A stretch of 64,000 nt of DNA from Nanobdellota archaeon (GTDB lineage: Archaea > Nanobdellota > Nanobdellia > Pacearchaeales > GW2011-AR1), in the NCBI GenBank assembly GCA_021799535.1, contig JAJZAH010000001.1:32254-96253 (forward strand). The letters are read 5' to 3'. Made by a program: the position numbers and the translations under genes. The notes under the pieces are model-generated. The model saw only the letters and a program-made list of their open reading frames with translations. It was not told the DNA's origin and made no database searches. Positions 62,390 to 64,000 of the stretch are shown here, piece after piece. Each line of letters opens with the position of its first letter. The stretch's first letter is position 1.

Positions 62390-63417
62390 AACCACAAAAG
62401 ATTGAAAAAATATCCGAAAAAACCGGTGAGATAAAAGACGATTAAAAGCACCATGCTTATAAGGAAAACAGGTGCAAAAGCAATCCCTCTCCTTATCAAA
62501 ACGGATTTTCTGGATTTCATCGAGAGTATATCTTCCTTACTCAAACCATCCCATGTAGCCTTTATAGTTTTCCTCCCAATTTTTACATCTTTATAAAGCC
62601 AGTCCCCAGGAGTCAGCTCAGATACCTTGACATTCTTTATCATGCACGATTCATCAACTGATTTTAGAAAAAGGTAAAAATACGGAAAGACGAAAAGGAA
62701 AACTCCAAAATACCCGAAAGAAGGATTAATAACCCCAAAAATTAAGAAGATGATTCCTGCGAGGCAATAACCAAATACTAGCTTTTTATGATCCGCAAAA
62801 GATTTGATGAAACTTTTCTTAAGCTTATCCAGATTGCTTAACCCTATGTAAGCACTTGCAAAAAGACCATAAAATGATCCTGAGACAAGAAAAATAAGTG
62901 TAAAAAGCAAGAGAATAGTAATGTTCAGCAGGGTATTGAAAAACAACGGTAAAACTGCACCAAGGGCAACCATCAGCTTTGTATCTCCTCCTGCAAAAGC
63001 TCTCCCGTAACTTAATAAATTGCCAATAACAAAAAAGATCCCCAATCCGATAATTCCCTGGTAAAAGAAAGAAAAGCTGCTCCCAGATAGAATGGCTGGG
63101 TCCGATAAATACAGCCAGATTACCCCCGCAAAAAAAGCAGAGACCGCAAAGAAGTACAATACCTCCTTATATCTCTTTTTGAATGAAGAATTAAAAAAAC
63201 TGATAAAAAGAAGGATACTAAACCCCAAAATTAAAATTGCCGGAAAGAACCCACTCCCGTCGCCGGAAAAGAAAGAATAGAAAAACCTCAAGGAAAGGGC
63301 AAAAATGGCAAGGCTGAAGTTGAGCCAGTTTGGAATTTCCTTGGATTTGATATCCGAAATTGTAGCAAAAATCACCCAGACGAGCGCAAGAAAAAATAGC
63401 ACTGCAATTTCAATCAT
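62386..63417 (-). CDS. type IV prepilin/preflagellin peptidase (A24 family, PibD/FlaK-like) with a C-terminal extension
   Basis: The first catalytic Asp lies in ISDIKSKEIPNWL and the second in FAGGDTKLMVALG (GxGDxK type). The protein is polytopic. Confidence 0.8.
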   Translation of the reverse strand: MIEIAVLFFLALVWVIFATISDIKSKEIPNWLNFSLAIFALSLRFFYSFFSGDGSGFFPAILILGFSILLFISFFNSSFKKRYKEVLYFFAVSAFFAGVIWLYLSDPAILSGSSFSFFYQGIIGLGIFFVIGNLLSYGRAFAGGDTKLMVALGAVLPLFFNTLLNITILLLFTLIFLVSGSFYGLFASAYIGLSNLDKLKKSFIKSFADHKKLVFGYCLAGIIFLIFGVINPSFGYFGVFLFVFPYFYLFLKSVDESCMIKNVKVSELTPGDWLYKDVKIGRKTIKATWDGLSKEDILSMKSRKSVLIRRGIAFAPVFLISMVLLIVFYLTGFFGYFFNLLWF

Positions 63418-63654
63418 GATTCATTTTGGGAAGACAAGTTTATAAAAATTGATTTTTACCGTCAGAAGAGGTTTCACTTAGGTCCTTGTGCGTACGGTTC
63501 CATGTTCTGAGCCTCCCGCCTGACTTATAAGGATGTTTCCTTTTCTCCTGCTTCTTACCTTTCCATTTATTCCGCCTTTCCCCTCTATCCATAAGGAAAA
63601 AAGAATAGGGAAGTTTAAAACACTTGCTAAAAATAGAAGAAAGTCCGTCAAGAA

Positions 63655-64000
63655 TCAGTTAATCACACACTTCTGACCTGCCGGAACATCACTTGCAATG
63701 GAGGTCACATCATATTTATACCCTGTAGAGGAAGAGGTTATTGTTCCATTCTTCCCGTCAATTATTATCTGTCCGCATTTTAAATTGCAATTTATTGTAG
63801 GGCAAGCCGGAATCCTATACTGGCTGAAAGTTTTCTCGCTTGAGAAGACTTCGCATGTTGATTTAACATTAAGATTATACTCATTTGCCCTGAGAGTTCT
63901 TGCAGCCTCGCAATAACTATATTGGCTGTTCACGGAACACGCAGAACTGCAGTCCTGAACAACACTGTCAACATTGCTTGGGTTCACAAGACCCTGTATG
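63655..64000 (-). CDS. Cys-rich secreted/pilin-like protein, N-terminus outside the window
   Basis: The frame stays open to the window edge (...IQGLVNPSNVDSV...). It has ten Cys residues in about 110 aa and sits next to the prepilin peptidase. Confidence 0.4.
   Translation of the reverse strand, partial: IQGLVNPSNVDSVVQDCSSACSVNSQYSYCEAARTLRANEYNLNVKSTCEVFSSEKTFSQYRIPACPTINCNLKCGQIIIDGKNGTITSSSTGYKYDVTSIASDVPAGQKCVIN

Noticed and set aside
63440-63592. 50-aa basic minus-strand ORF (MDRGERRNKWKGKKQEKRKHPYKSGGRLRTWNRTHKD...)
   Set aside because: It has no SD-like motif, no recognisable family and is short. It could be real, but it is unsupported.
1-64000. Search for mobile elements, prophage, CRISPR-Cas, restriction-modification or known defense cassettes
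   Set aside because: I recognised no integrase, transposase, Cas, capsid/terminase, REase/MTase pair or toxin-antitoxin signature in any listed ORF. The window reads as core chromosome with a few horizontally acquired bacterial-type genes.

Overview
AT-rich, gene-dense archaeal chromosome segment. Archaeal markers are GatDE, RadA, TFE-alpha, EndA, S17e, aEF-1beta, aIF2-alpha, Nop10, RPA, an archaeal-type ProRS, class III signal-peptide pilins and an A24 prepilin peptidase. Small genes, short or overlapping gene junctions and several bacterial-type genes suggest a reduced DPANN-like archaeon; this is inference, not a database result. The content is mostly housekeeping. It includes four aminoacyl-tRNA synthetases (Asp, Pro, Ala, Leu) and all five tRNA-dependent amidotransferase subunits (GatCAB and GatDE) in one locus. 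It also includes FtsZ, three DHH/RecJ-like paralogs, deoxyhypusine synthase with agmatinase, thioredoxin reductase, NDK and UDG. I support five tRNA genes, one with a 25-nt canonical-position intron, and a 263-nt GC-rich structured RNA that I read as SRP (7S) RNA. I saw no rRNA, CRISPR array, transposase or integrase. The strongest lead is a complete YdeN/RBBP9-like serine-hydrolase domain, with the Ser-Asp-His triad intact, inserted in the LeuRS just before the CP1 editing domain. A Fic-domain gene whose catalytic His is replaced by Gln sits between gatD and gatE, and an unknown gene sits between gatC and gatA. Bacterial-type second-messenger enzymes are present: DisA next to a DHH/DHHA1 protein, and a long RelA/SpoT homolog with a degenerate hydrolase HD motif. 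The AlaRS is bacterial-type and lacks the C-Ala domain. Partial copies of tRNA 5' ends lie upstream of two tRNA genes. A papain-like peptidase frame is split by one in-frame TAA, and two genes are broken by frameshifts. Several proteins (HIT, Nudix, Fic, RSH-HD) have eroded catalytic motifs. All family assignments come from motif reading by eye and need HMM or structure confirmation.
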